A stretch of 64,000 nt of DNA from Gemmatimonadota bacterium. GTDB taxonomy: Bacteria; Gemmatimonadota; Gemmatimonadetes; Palauibacterales; Palauibacteraceae. Made by a program: the position numbers and the translations under genes. Location of the stretch: positions 160,001-224,000 of the forward strand of contig OZ220691.1 of assembly GCA_965116475.1 (NCBI GenBank), in the 5' to 3' direction. Shown here piece by piece: positions 54,182 to 64,000 of this stretch (its first letter is position 1; each line of letters opens with the position of its first letter). Under the pieces are notes generated by a model, which had not been told where the DNA came from, did not search any database, and saw nothing but the letters and a program-made list of their open reading frames with translations.

Positions 54182-56872
54182 ATGCAACTTCGATCGCTGT
54201 CCACGGGGCTCAGCGTGCTCGCGTGGTGCCTGCTCCCGGCGTTCGCACACGCCCAGGGGTCGCGCCTTCCCGGCGCGATCGAAGCGGGACTCATCCTCCG
54301 GCAGCTCGATGGCGTGAAGAGGGTCCTCGTCGTGGCGGCGCACCCGGACGACGAAGATACCGCCCTCCTGACGACGCTCGCGCGCGGCTGGGGCGTGGAG
54401 GCCGCCTACTTCTCGTTCACGCGAGGCGAGGGAGGCCAGAACCTCATCGGCACGGAACTCGGCGAGGGACTCGGCATCATCCGGTCGGGCGAACTGCTGG
54501 CCGCCCGCACGATCGACGGCGCGCAGCAGTTCTTCGGCCGCGCGTTCGATTTCGGCTACTCGAAGACGGCGGAGGAGACCTTCGAGAAGTGGCCGCGCGA
54601 GCGCGTTCTCTCCGACCTGGTGTGGACCATCCGGCGCTTCCGTCCCCATGTGCTCATCTCGATGTGGAGCGGGACCGAGCGGGACGGCCACGGGCATCAT
54701 CAGGTATCCGGCCTCCTCACGCGGGAGGCCTTCGACGCCGCGGGAGATGCGACGCGCTTCCCGGAACAGTTGGCGGCGGGCGCGGCCCCCTGGGCGCCGC
54801 TGAAACTCTACCGCCGCCCCCTCTTCGAGCTGGGCGCCACCGCGATCGAAATCGAGACGGGCGTACTCGATCCCCTGCTCGGCCTCACGCACCACCAGGT
54901 CGCGATGGACAGCCGCAGCCAGCACCGCTCGCAGGATTTCGGCACGGCTCTGCCGCTCGGACCCCGTGCCGCGCGCCTCTCGCTCGTGTCCTCGCGGGTC
55001 GGCGGGTCTCCGACGGACCCGCTGCTGGCCGGCATCGACACCACGCTGGCAAGTCTGGCGACCGGCCTTGGCGAGACCGCGCAGGCGGACGTTCGTTCGT
55101 ACCGGGAGGCGATCGGCCGCGGCGGCGGGTCGCTGAACGCGACGACCCCGGAGATCGCCCTGCCCTTCCTCGCCGAGGCGCAGCGGCGACTGGAGCGGCT
55201 CCGCGCCGCCGCGCGCACCGGGGGCGAGAGCGAGCTGCGGCGCGAACTCGACCGCCGCGCGCGCCTGCTGATGCGGGCGATCCTCGCGGTGGCCGGCGTG
55301 CGGGTGGAGCTGCGGGCGCGGGACGATGTCCTGGTCCCGGGACAGGTCGTACTCGTCGAGGCGCGCGTCTCAAGCGGGGCCGGCGCCGCCCTCGAACTCG
55401 ATCCGCCGGTCATCGAAGTCGCCCCCGGGTGGTCGGTCGAGGGCCTGGGGCCGGACGTCGAAACGGAGCCTGACGACCTGGGGCCGTTCGCCCGTTTCTT
55501 CCAGCAGGAGGACACCGTCTTCGACCCATCGGCCCGGGCGCGGATCGGGCCGGGGGAACTCGGGCTGTGGCGTTACGCCGTCACGGTGCCCGCGGACGCG
55601 CCGCCGGCTTCCCCGTGGTTCCTCGAACATCCGCGGGACGGCGACCTGTACGACTGGCCCGCGGAGCCCGACCTGCGCGCGCGCCCGTTCCGTCCCCCAC
55701 CCCTTCACGGCCGAGTGGCTGCGGTCGTGTCGGCGGCCGGCGAACGATTCGACATCGAGGTCGAGGATCCGGTGCGCCATCGGGCGGTGGACGGCGTAAC
55801 GGGTGAAAGCTGGCGGCCGCTGCAGGTGGCGCCGCGCGTATCGGTCGCGGCGACGGCGCCTACGCTGATCTGGCCCCGCGGCAACCGGGATCCACGCGTC
55901 ATCGCCTTCCGCATCTCGAGTTTCGCCCGAAACGTCACGGCGGGGGAGATCGGGCTCGACCTGCCGCCCGGATGGCGCGCGGCGCCCGAGACGACGGCAT
56001 TCGAGCTCGCTGGAGAAGGCGCGGTGCAGACGGTCGGCTTCACCGTCGAGCCCCCGGCGGACGAGGCGGATGGGGAGTTCTTCGCGCGGCCGCGGATCCG
56101 GATCGCCGGCGCCGACGTCCCCGCCACGCATGCGGCGATCATCGACTATCCGCACCTCGAGCCCCGGCTCCTGACCGGCGAGGCGGCCGTGCGCATCGTG
56201 CGCTTCCCCGTTCGCGTCGCGGATCGGCGCATCGGATACGTGATGGGTTCCGGCGATGACGGGCCCGAAGCCATCCGGCAGCTCGGGCTGGACGTCGAAC
56301 TCATCGAGCCGGGCGACTGGCAAGCCGGGCGGCTCGACCGGTTCGACACGATCGTGCTCGGGATCCGGGCCTACGAGGTACGCGAGGATCTCATTGCAGC
56401 CAACGCGGAGTTGCTCGCGTGGGCGGAGCGCGGAGGCACCGTCGTCGTCCAGTACAACCGGTACGAGTTCAACCGGGGGGCGTACGCCCCGTACCCGATC
56501 GCGATCGGCCGCCCCGCCCCCCGCGTCACCGAGGAGGACGCCGCCGTGACGCTCGCCGACCCCCGGGCGCCGGTACTCGTCGAGCCCAACCGTCTCGGCC
56601 CAGCCGACTTCGAAGGCTGGGTCCAGGAGCGCGGGCTGTATTTCCCGGATGCCTGGGACGAGAGATACCAGGCGCCGCTGGAGATGGCCGACACGGGTGA
56701 ACCACCGAGCCGCGGCAGCCTGCTCGCCGCCCCGGTGGGCCGCGGACTCTACATTCACACATCACTCTCCTTCTTCCGGCAACTGCGCGCGGGCGTGCCG
56801 GGCGCCTTCCGGCTATGGGCGAACCTGCTCTCCCTCGACGGGAGCCGCTGGCGCGAGATCGCCGCCCCGTGA
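54182..56872 (+). CDS. Secreted PIG-L family deacetylase with NEW3-like and C-terminal glutamine-amidotransferase-like domains
   Basis: Signal peptide, AAHPDDED, TRGEGGQN, FDFGYSK, HGHH, SRSQHRSQ; C-terminal IGYVMGSGD, GIRAY, WVQERGLYF. Confidence 0.88.
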   Translation: MQLRSLSTGLSVLAWCLLPAFAHAQGSRLPGAIEAGLILRQLDGVKRVLVVAAHPDDEDTALLTTLARGWGVEAAYFSFTRGEGGQNLIGTELGEGLGIIRSGELLAARTIDGAQQFFGRAFDFGYSKTAEETFEKWPRERVLSDLVWTIRRFRPHVLISMWSGTERDGHGHHQVSGLLTREAFDAAGDATRFPEQLAAGAAPWAPLKLYRRPLFELGATAIEIETGVLDPLLGLTHHQVAMDSRSQHRSQDFGTALPLGPRAARLSLVSSRVGGSPTDPLLAGIDTTLASLATGLGETAQADVRSYREAIGRGGGSLNATTPEIALPFLAEAQRRLERLRAAARTGGESELRRELDRRARLLMRAILAVAGVRVELRARDDVLVPGQVVLVEARVSSGAGAALELDPPVIEVAPGWSVEGLGPDVETEPDDLGPFARFFQQEDTVFDPSARARIGPGELGLWRYAVTVPADAPPASPWFLEHPRDGDLYDWPAEPDLRARPFRPPPLHGRVAAVVSAAGERFDIEVEDPVRHRAVDGVTGESWRPLQVAPRVSVAATAPTLIWPRGNRDPRVIAFRISSFARNVTAGEIGLDLPPGWRAAPETTAFELAGEGAVQTVGFTVEPPADEADGEFFARPRIRIAGADVPATHAAIIDYPHLEPRLLTGEAAVRIVRFPVRVADRRIGYVMGSGDDGPEAIRQLGLDVELIEPGDWQAGRLDRFDTIVLGIRAYEVREDLIAANAELLAWAERGGTVVVQYNRYEFNRGAYAPYPIAIGRPAPRVTEEDAAVTLADPRAPVLVEPNRLGPADFEGWVQERGLYFPDAWDERYQAPLEMADTGEPPSRGSLLAAPVGRGLYIHTSLSFFRQLRAGVPGAFRLWANLLSLDGSRWREIAAP

Positions 56873-57033
56873 CGGAGCACCGCGACGAGACGGAGGATCG
56901 GGATGAGACGGAGGACCGGATCGGCCTCTTCCGTAGCTGGCGCGCGCTGTACGTGTCGGTGATCGTCTATACGGCCGGGCTGATCTTCCTCCTCTATCTC
57001 GCCACGCGCCTGCTCGACTTCAGGTTGCCGTGA
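56869..57033 (+). CDS. Small single-pass membrane protein (54 aa)
   Basis: GTGA overlaps on both sides; MTEHRDETEDRDETEDRIGLFRSWRALYVSVIVYTAGLIFLLYLATRLLDFRLP. Confidence 0.75.
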   Translation: MTEHRDETEDRDETEDRIGLFRSWRALYVSVIVYTAGLIFLLYLATRLLDFRLP

Positions 57034-58751
57034 GCGCTCTCGACTGGCTCGTCTTTGCCGTCTATTTCGGCGCCGTCGTCGCCTTCGCCTGGCGGCAGAG
57101 CCGAAAGAACCGCGGCGTCGAGGGCTTCTTTCTCGCGAACCGCCGACTGGGCTGGGGCGCCATCGGCCTCTCCGTCATGGCGACGCAGGCGAGCGCGATC
57201 ACGTATATCGGCACGACCGGACAGGCCTTCGACGACGGCATGGAGTTCGTCCAGTTCTATCTGGGCCAGCCGATCGCCATGGTCATCCTCTGCGTCGTAT
57301 TCATCCCCTTCTTCTATCGCTCGAAGGTCTTCACCGCCTACGAGTACCTCGAACGCCGCTTCGACCCCAGAACGCGGTCGCTGACGAGTTTTCTCTTTCT
57401 CGTGTCGCGCGGACTCTCGGCGGGGATCGTCCTCTACGCCCCGGCCATCGTCCTTTCCGTCATCATGGGTTGGGACGAGCGCGTGACGATTCTCGTCATG
57501 GGGCTGATCACTGTGGCCTATACGATCATGGGGGGCATCACAGCCGTCATCTGGACGGATGTGCTGCAGATGATCGTCATGTTCGCCGGCATCGGGATCG
57601 CGATCGTAGCGCTGTTCGCGACATTGCCCGAGGGCGTGGGCGTCGGCGACGTGGCGTATATCGGCGGGATTCACGAGATGTGGCGCAGCATCGACCTCTC
57701 CTGGGATCCGACGAATCGCTACACGCTGTGGTCCGGACTCATCGGAGGGCTGTTCCTCGCCCTCGGCTACTTCGGGACCGACCAGAGCCAGGTCCAGCGC
57801 TACCTCACGGCGAGTTCGCTCCGCCAGAGCCGTCTTTCCCTCATCTTCAACGCCTTCGTCAAGGTTCCGATGCAGGTCTTCATCCTCGCCATCGGCGTCC
57901 TCCTCTATGTCTTCTACCACTTCGAGCGTCCCCCGCTCGTCTTCAATTCGGCGGAGGCGGCCATGGTCCGGGAGAGTCCCCGCGCCGATGCCTTTGCCGC
58001 GCTGGAGGCCGAACACGAGCGGACACACGAATTGCGCCGGGAAAGCACCCTCGCGGTGCTGGAGGCTCGCCGCGCCGGCGACGACCCCGCGGCGCTGCAG
58101 GGCCGGATCGCGGCGTACGATGACGAACTGGAGCGGCTCAGGGAGACGTCGAAGTCGCTCGTGTCCGAGGTGCGCGGAGCCTCGTCGAACGATGTGAACT
58201 ACGTCTTCCCGTCCTATCTCATTGCCTATGTTCCCGCCGGTATCCTGGGACTGCTGATCGCCGTCATCTTCGCGGCCGCAATGTCTTCGCTGGACTCCGA
58301 ACTGACGGCCCTGTCCAGCGCGACCGTGATCGACTTCTACCGAAGGTACGTGAAACCGGAGGGGACGGACGCCCACTATCTGCTCGTCTCCCGGCTCGCC
58401 ACGCTGGGGTGGGGCGGATTCGCCGTGCTCTTCGCGCTGTACGCCGGGCAACTGGGGTCGCTCGTCGAAGCGGTCAACGAAGTCGGCTCGATCTTCTACG
58501 GCGCGCTCCTGGGGGTCTTCCTGCTCGCGTTTCTGGTGAAGCGGGCGACGGCGGCGGGCGCCTTCTACGGGCTGATCTTCTCGATGCTCGCCGTGCTCGC
58601 CGTGTCGCGCTTCACGGAGATCGCGTGGCTGTGGTACAACGTCGTCGGTACGCTGGCCGTTCTCGCGGTGGGCCTCGCGCTGCGCCGGCGGGAACCCGGG
58701 GAGCCCGGGGCGCCGGGGGCGCGGCGAGGGTCCGCGGCCGCCGCGGGATGA
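57030..58751 (+). CDS. Sodium:solute symporter (SSS family)
   Basis: LSVMATQASAIT, TAYEYLERRFD, VIWTD, GTDQSQVQRYL, AAAMSSLDS. Confidence 0.94.
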   Translation: MSALDWLVFAVYFGAVVAFAWRQSRKNRGVEGFFLANRRLGWGAIGLSVMATQASAITYIGTTGQAFDDGMEFVQFYLGQPIAMVILCVVFIPFFYRSKVFTAYEYLERRFDPRTRSLTSFLFLVSRGLSAGIVLYAPAIVLSVIMGWDERVTILVMGLITVAYTIMGGITAVIWTDVLQMIVMFAGIGIAIVALFATLPEGVGVGDVAYIGGIHEMWRSIDLSWDPTNRYTLWSGLIGGLFLALGYFGTDQSQVQRYLTASSLRQSRLSLIFNAFVKVPMQVFILAIGVLLYVFYHFERPPLVFNSAEAAMVRESPRADAFAALEAEHERTHELRRESTLAVLEARRAGDDPAALQGRIAAYDDELERLRETSKSLVSEVRGASSNDVNYVFPSYLIAYVPAGILGLLIAVIFAAAMSSLDSELTALSSATVIDFYRRYVKPEGTDAHYLLVSRLATLGWGGFAVLFALYAGQLGSLVEAVNEVGSIFYGALLGVFLLAFLVKRATAAGAFYGLIFSMLAVLAVSRFTEIAWLWYNVVGTLAVLAVGLALRRREPGEPGAPGARRGSAAAAG

Positions 58752-58848
58752 AGCGCTTCGCGGCGGGAACCATGCGCGGTACGGTTTTCCGCGGGCGGCG
58801 CGGGCGGTAGAGTCCCGGCTCTCGGAACCTCACTGAAACCTCATCGGG

Positions 58849-60525
58849 ATGACACGGATGCTCACGGACGTACAGATCGCCGAGGCTGCGACGCCCCGGC
58901 CCATCGGAGAGATCGGGGAGAAGATCGGGCTGGGGCTCGAGGAACTGGTGCCCTACGGCCACTACAAGGCGAAAGTCGACCCGGAATCCATCTTCAGGCG
59001 CGAGCCCGGATCGGGCCGGCTTGTCCTCGTCACGGGCATCACTCCGACGGCTGCGGGCGAGGGCAAGACGACCGTCTCGGTGGGACTCGCCGACGGCCTG
59101 CGCCGCGTGGGAGCGAACTCGGTGCTCTGCATTCGCGAGCCGAGTCTCGGCCCGGTGTTCGGCGTCAAGGGGGGCGCCGCCGGCGGTGGATACTCGCAGG
59201 TGATCCCCATGGCGGACATCAACCTCCACTTCACGGGGGACCTGCACGCGATCACCTCGGCGCACGCGCTCCTCTCGGCCGCGCTGGACAACCATCTGCA
59301 GCAGGGGAACCGGCTCGGGATCGACCCGCGCCAGATCACCTGGCGGCGCGCCGTCGACATGAACGACCGCGCGCTGCGGAACATCGTCGTCGGGCTCGGG
59401 GGCCGGATCAACGGCGTGCCGCGCGAGGACGGCTTCATGATCACGGCCGCCTCGGAGGTGATGGCGATCTTCTGTCTCGCCGCCAGCCTCGAGGATCTGG
59501 AGGAGCGGCTGAGCAGCATCATCGTGGGATACGACTACGGCGGGGAGCCGGTGCGGGCGCGCGAACTGAATGTGGCGGGCGCGATGACGCTGTTGCTGCG
59601 GGAGGCGATCGGCCCGAACCTCGTTCAGACGCTCGAGGGAACGCCCGCCTTCGTCCACGGCGGGCCGTTCGCGAACATCGCCCACGGCTGCAATTCGCTC
59701 ATGGCGACGCGTGCCGGGTTGGCCTTCGGCGACATCGCCGTCACGGAGGCGGGGTTCGGCTCGGACCTCGGGGCCGAGAAGTTCTTCGACATCAAGTGCC
59801 GGACGGGCGGATTGAACCCGGAGGCCACCGTGCTCGTGGCCACGATCCGCGCCCTCAAGCTGCACGGCGGGGGCGACCGCACGGCGCTCTCGACGCCGGA
59901 TACCGACGCCGTCCGCGGCGGGCTCGCGAACCTCGGCGCGCACGTCGAGAACATCCGGGGCTTCGGGATCGAGCCGGTGGTGGCGATCAACGTGTTCGGG
60001 ACGGACTCCGACGAGGAGATCGAGGCGGTGGCCGAGGCGTGCGAGGAACTGGGCGCGCCCTGGGCCCGCTCCGACGGCCATGCGCTGGGCGGCGCCGGCT
60101 GCGAAGACCTGGCCCGCGCGGTCCTGGCGGCGCTGGACGAAGGGGGCGCCGCCTTCGCGCCGAAATACGATGCGAAGGCTTCGATCCGGAACAAGATCGA
60201 GGCGATCGCCCGGAAGGTGTACGGAGCGGACGGCGTCGATTATGCGGCGCGCGCCGCGAAGGACATCCGGCAACTCGAGGCGGCCGGGCTCGGGGATACG
60301 CCCGTCTGCATCGCGAAGACGCCGAACAGCCTGAGCGACGACCCGGCGCGCCTCGGACGGCCGACCGGCTTCCGCATCACGGTTCAGGACGTGCGTCCCT
60401 CGGCGGGGGCGGGCTTCGTCGTGGCCAGGGCCGGCACCGTCATGACGATGCCGGGGCTCCCGCGCGTGCCCGCCGCGGAGGGGATCCGGATCGTCGAGGA
60501 CGGGAGCGTGGTCGGGCTCTTCTGA
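58849..60525 (+). CDS. fhs: Formate--tetrahydrofolate ligase
   Basis: TPTAAGEGKTT, REPSLGPVFGVKGGAAGGG, HFTGD, HGGPFANIAHG, TEAGFG, MTMPGLP. Confidence 0.97.
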   Translation: MTRMLTDVQIAEAATPRPIGEIGEKIGLGLEELVPYGHYKAKVDPESIFRREPGSGRLVLVTGITPTAAGEGKTTVSVGLADGLRRVGANSVLCIREPSLGPVFGVKGGAAGGGYSQVIPMADINLHFTGDLHAITSAHALLSAALDNHLQQGNRLGIDPRQITWRRAVDMNDRALRNIVVGLGGRINGVPREDGFMITAASEVMAIFCLAASLEDLEERLSSIIVGYDYGGEPVRARELNVAGAMTLLLREAIGPNLVQTLEGTPAFVHGGPFANIAHGCNSLMATRAGLAFGDIAVTEAGFGSDLGAEKFFDIKCRTGGLNPEATVLVATIRALKLHGGGDRTALSTPDTDAVRGGLANLGAHVENIRGFGIEPVVAINVFGTDSDEEIEAVAEACEELGAPWARSDGHALGGAGCEDLARAVLAALDEGGAAFAPKYDAKASIRNKIEAIARKVYGADGVDYAARAAKDIRQLEAAGLGDTPVCIAKTPNSLSDDPARLGRPTGFRITVQDVRPSAGAGFVVARAGTVMTMPGLPRVPAAEGIRIVEDGSVVGLF

Positions 60526-60565
60526 GCCGCCTGCGACGCGTGGGACGCCTGAGACGCCTGACACG

Positions 60566-62335
60566 ATGATCGAGATCGACCTCTCCGCCGGCCCCCACAT
60601 GGAGGGCGTGGAGCGCCGGCTCCGGGAATGGGCCGCGGAGGACGCGGTGACCCGGCTCTGGCGGCGGGATCCGACGCTGTGGAGCGCGGACCCGGACGCG
60701 CCGGAACTGGCCGACCGGCTCGGCTGGCTGGGCCTCCCGGAGATGTCTCCCGGGGCGCTCGGCCCGCTCGAAGAGTTGCGCGCGGGCGTGCCCTTCTGGT
60801 TCACCGATCTCGTGCTGCTCGGCATGGGCGGCTCCAGCCTCGCGCCCGAGGTGATCGCGCGCACGATGTCGGGCACGATGCCGGGCGAGGGGCTGCCCCT
60901 CACGCTCGTGGATACGACGCATCCCGGTGCGCTCCGCGACCTCGAGTGGCTGCGTCCGGCGAACACGATCTTCGTCGTCTCCAGCAAGTCGGGCACGACC
61001 GTCGAGACCCTCTCGCTATTCCGCCACTTCTGGTCGCGGACGGCGGAGGTCGTGGAGGATCCCGGGGCGCACTTCATCGCGATCACGGACCCCGGGGCCC
61101 GGCTTGCCGAACTCGGCCGCGCGCGGGGGTTCCGCGCCGTGTTCGAGGCGCCTCCCGACGTGGGCGGCCGCTTCTCGGCCTTGAGCCCGTTCGGCCTGGC
61201 GCCGGCCGCGCTCGCGGGCGCCGATGTCGCGGCCCTTCTCGCGGAGGCCACCGAGGCCGCCGATGCCTGCAGGGATGAGGCCCACGACAACCCGGGCCTG
61301 CTCCTCGGCGCGGCGCTCGGAGAACTCGCGCTCGCGGGGCGCGACAAGCTCACCTTCATCGCCGCGTCCGACTGGGGGGCGTTTCCGGACTGGGCGGAGC
61401 AGCTCGTCGCCGAAAGCACCGGCAAGGAGGGCCGGGGCATCGTGCCGGTCGTCGCCGAGCCCCCGCGGCCGCCAGACGAGTACGGCGAGGACCGGGTCTT
61501 CGTCGGCCTCCTTCTCGACGGGGACGCGGCCCGCGAAGCGGAGCAATGGGGGGAGGCCGATGAGTCGCCCGGCCTCCTGGACGCGCTCGACGCGGCCGGA
61601 CACCCGACGCTGCGCATCCGGCTCGAGCGGCCGGAGGAACTCGGCGCGCTTTTCTTCGTCTGGGAAGTGGGCGTGGCCATGGCCGGCGCCGTCCTCGGCA
61701 TCCATCCCTTCAACCAGCCGGACGTACAGCTCGCCAAGCGCTTGGCGCGTCAAGCGATGGGGGGTGAAGCCGCCCCCGGCGAAGGCTCGGTGGACGCGGG
61801 GTCGGCGGAAGACGCGGAGATCTCCGACGCGGACGAGATCGACCTCGTGTGGGAGGTCCCGCAGTTCGGACACGCGCCGCCGCGCACGCCCGTAGCGCCC
61901 GACCTGGATGGGATCCGCGCGCGTATGGGAGATTTCCTCTCCGCGGTCGCCCCGACGGACTACATCGCCGTGCAGGCGTTCCTCGCGGGAGGCGAAGCCG
62001 AGGAGGAGCTGCTCGGTACGCTACGCGCCGCCCTCGCGGGGGCCACGGGCGCGACGACCACACTGGGCCATGGCCCGCGCTTCCTGCATTCGACCGGACA
62101 ATTGCACAAGGGGGGCGCGGACAACGGCGTCTTCCTGCAACTCGTCGACGACGCCGGCGAGCACGTCCACGTCCCCGAGACGGACTTCACCTTCCGCCAA
62201 CTGATCCGGGCGCAGGCGCTGGGAGACATCGAGGCCCTCGGCCGATGCGACCGCCGGGCGCTCCGGGTCCGTGTCGGCGGCCCCGAAGGCCTCGGCCTGC
62301 GTCGCCTCATCCAACTCGTCGAGGAGTCCCCCTAG
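60566..62335 (+). CDS. pgi: Glucose-6-phosphate isomerase (type found in Tal-Pgi fusions, here without transaldolase)
   Basis: LGWL, LGMGGSSL, SSKSGTTVET, VGGRFS, EQLVAESTGK, PFNQPDV, GPRFLHSTGQLHKGG. Confidence 0.9.
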   Translation: MIEIDLSAGPHMEGVERRLREWAAEDAVTRLWRRDPTLWSADPDAPELADRLGWLGLPEMSPGALGPLEELRAGVPFWFTDLVLLGMGGSSLAPEVIARTMSGTMPGEGLPLTLVDTTHPGALRDLEWLRPANTIFVVSSKSGTTVETLSLFRHFWSRTAEVVEDPGAHFIAITDPGARLAELGRARGFRAVFEAPPDVGGRFSALSPFGLAPAALAGADVAALLAEATEAADACRDEAHDNPGLLLGAALGELALAGRDKLTFIAASDWGAFPDWAEQLVAESTGKEGRGIVPVVAEPPRPPDEYGEDRVFVGLLLDGDAAREAEQWGEADESPGLLDALDAAGHPTLRIRLERPEELGALFFVWEVGVAMAGAVLGIHPFNQPDVQLAKRLARQAMGGEAAPGEGSVDAGSAEDAEISDADEIDLVWEVPQFGHAPPRTPVAPDLDGIRARMGDFLSAVAPTDYIAVQAFLAGGEAEEELLGTLRAALAGATGATTTLGHGPRFLHSTGQLHKGGADNGVFLQLVDDAGEHVHVPETDFTFRQLIRAQALGDIEALGRCDRRALRVRVGGPEGLGLRRLIQLVEESP

Positions 62336-62466
62336 CCCTGCACCGATTTCGTCAAAGATTCACCGATATTGCATCTACCCGACGACCGTTGCTGCCGCGT
62401 AGCGTCCATGAGCGAGTCCCGGGAGCGAGTCCCGGGCAACGACCACCCCACGCCCGGGAGGCATGC

Positions 62467-62976
62467 ATGTCCGTCTTGAGGCTCTTCTCCTCCGTCGCAT
62501 CCTGCGCTTCACGAGTCGGAGAAATACTCGCGGTAATGGCGGCCGCCTCCGTCGCCTTGAGTGCGGGGCGGTTGCGCCGAGGCGTTGCCGCAGGCCTCCT
62601 TCTCACGATGCTGACCCCCTTCGTACCGGCGGGGCATGTTCACGCGGAGGAGGACGAGCACAAGGTCGGCGACGGGCCCGCGATCGAAGCGAAGGCGGCA
62701 TCAGGCATCAACGGAGCGGCGACCGCCCAGGAGGGCGGCTGTCCCCCGTACATTTCGGGAGGTCCCGACAACCCCACCAATGGCGCCCGTACATTCGGCG
62801 CTTGTACGGATGTCCCGGTGCCGTATACCGCCGGCCTCATAAGCTGCGAGGTTTGTACCTGCTGGTACGAGATGCACGACGGCTCAACGGAGAATTTTTC
62901 GACGAGCGGCGGTTGCACTCCGACGATCAGGATTCAGGGGCCCGCTCCAGACCCCTGCACGGGGAACCACTGTTGA
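62467..62976 (+). CDS. Hypothetical secreted cysteine-rich small protein
   Basis: ATG after GGAGG; signal-like RRGVAAGLLLTMLTPFVPAGHVHA; 8 Cys in the C-terminal ~80 aa. Exact start uncertain. Confidence 0.65.
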   Translation: MSVLRLFSSVASCASRVGEILAVMAAASVALSAGRLRRGVAAGLLLTMLTPFVPAGHVHAEEDEHKVGDGPAIEAKAASGINGAATAQEGGCPPYISGGPDNPTNGARTFGACTDVPVPYTAGLISCEVCTCWYEMHDGSTENFSTSGGCTPTIRIQGPAPDPCTGNHC

Positions 62977-64000
62977 GTGGCATCAGTGGAGCAGGCGCGT
63001 CTGTCCTCCGCCGGCGGCTCGGCCTCGTCGCGATGGCGGCGTTGACGACCTGGGCGTGCGGCGACGGGGGCGCCGACAGGCCGCTTGATGTTGATTCGAG
63101 CAGGCAGGTAGCGGTGAGGGAGCTGGCGCAGGAACTGCCGCCCGCAGGCCTCCTTTCGGACGACCTCTTCCTGGAGACGGCCCGAGGGTTCGATCTGTTT
63201 GGAGACACGGTCGCGGTTGCGGACCGCATGGCGGGGCGGGTCCAGTTGTTTCGCGCGTCGGGGGAGCATATCGCGACCTTGGGCGGCCCGCTGGGGCCGG
63301 GGGATCCCGAGATCCTTGAGTCCCCCTGGCGCGTCCAATTCGCGCCCGATGGCGCATTATGGGTCGGCGATCCCGGGCGGGCAGCGCTCGTACGGTTTCC
63401 TTCCGGAGGCGGCGAGCCGCAGGCCGCACGGCTTCCGGGAGCGGCGGTGGCGACGACCGTTGGATTCGGGGTCGACCATGTCCTCGGCGCCATCGGGCTC
63501 AGCGCCCAACCGGGTTTTCTGCTTGCGGTGTACGGGTTGGCGGACGGGTCCCTGAACATCCCGAACGAAGTTCCGCTTCCCGAGGAGTTGGCGTTTAGTC
63601 CGATAGACCGAATAAGCGCCCAGCATGTCATGATGTCGGTCGGACGGGAGGGGGAGGTGATCCTCCTCGACGGGGTGCGGACGACCCTGTGGCGAATCGA
63701 GCTGGAATACGATCCGCCCAGGATCGTCCGTGTCTCCCGCCTCGCGGTACCCGATTGGCTGGTTCGGAGCACGCGGGCCGAGATGGAGCGGCGCGTCGAG
63801 GGCCGTCCCGGCGTCAGTGCGCCCGGGTTCAAGGATATGCGGGCCGACAAGCGGGGGGTGTGGCTCGTCCCGGCGATCGATCCGGTGGACGGAGTATTCC
63901 TGCCCTACGAGGAGGATGGCCGGGCCACCGTGTTGTGGCGCGATCCGCAGCGCCGGGAGGCTTGGAGCAGCCGCATCCTGGACGACGATACGGCTTGGCT
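62973..64000 (+). CDS. 6-bladed beta-propeller/NHL-like lipoprotein, truncated by window edge
   Basis: TTG overlaps the upstream TGA; lipobox-like TWAC; DTVAVADRMAGRVQLFRASGEHIATLG, PWRVQFAPDGALWVGD. Translated by hand. Confidence 0.75.
   Translation, partial: MSGISGAGASVLRRRLGLVAMAALTTWACGDGGADRPLDVDSSRQVAVRELAQELPPAGLLSDDLFLETARGFDLFGDTVAVADRMAGRVQLFRASGEHIATLGGPLGPGDPEILESPWRVQFAPDGALWVGDPGRAALVRFPSGGGEPQAARLPGAAVATTVGFGVDHVLGAIGLSAQPGFLLAVYGLADGSLNIPNEVPLPEELAFSPIDRISAQHVMMSVGREGEVILLDGVRTTLWRIELEYDPPRIVRVSRLAVPDWLVRSTRAEMERRVEGRPGVSAPGFKDMRADKRGVWLVPAIDPVDGVFLPYEEDGRATVLWRDPQRREAWSSRILDDDTAW

Noticed and set aside
58752-58848. ZTP or THF riboswitch upstream of fhs
   Set aside because: The spacer is short and I could not recognise the conserved aptamer motifs.

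Overview
GC-rich bacterial chromosome segment. The gene content and order suggest Gemmatimonadota, but that is inference. Most of it is housekeeping: secD-secF-tatD-mutL-miaA-bshA; a MoxR/DUF58/VWA (Bat-like) operon ending in selD; tRNA-Ile2(CAU); scpA-scpB-rluB; rpsT; pyrR-pyrB-pyrC; gltX-tadA; a thiolase; ctaA; hemE/hemY/hemH; fhs; pgi. Accessory blocks encode transporters, secreted hydrolases and lineage-specific proteins. No integrase, transposase, rRNA or CRISPR array was seen. The main observations are: (1) selD has an in-frame UGA with a SECIS-like hairpin and also a +1 frameshift; (2) an unrecognised basic protein carries two copies of a domain whose 17-aa core is identical but differs at 7 synonymous sites, a candidate nucleic-acid-binding/nucleoid protein; (3) a co-oriented cupin-SDR-multicopper oxidase-2x amidohydrolase-iodotyrosine deiodinase run converges on an amino-acid dehydrogenase, a candidate halo-aromatic catabolic system; (4) a secreted 8-Cys miniprotein is coupled to a beta-propeller lipoprotein; (5) a perfect Fur-like palindrome precedes a MerC-domain gene; (6) two genes appear to need CTG starts.
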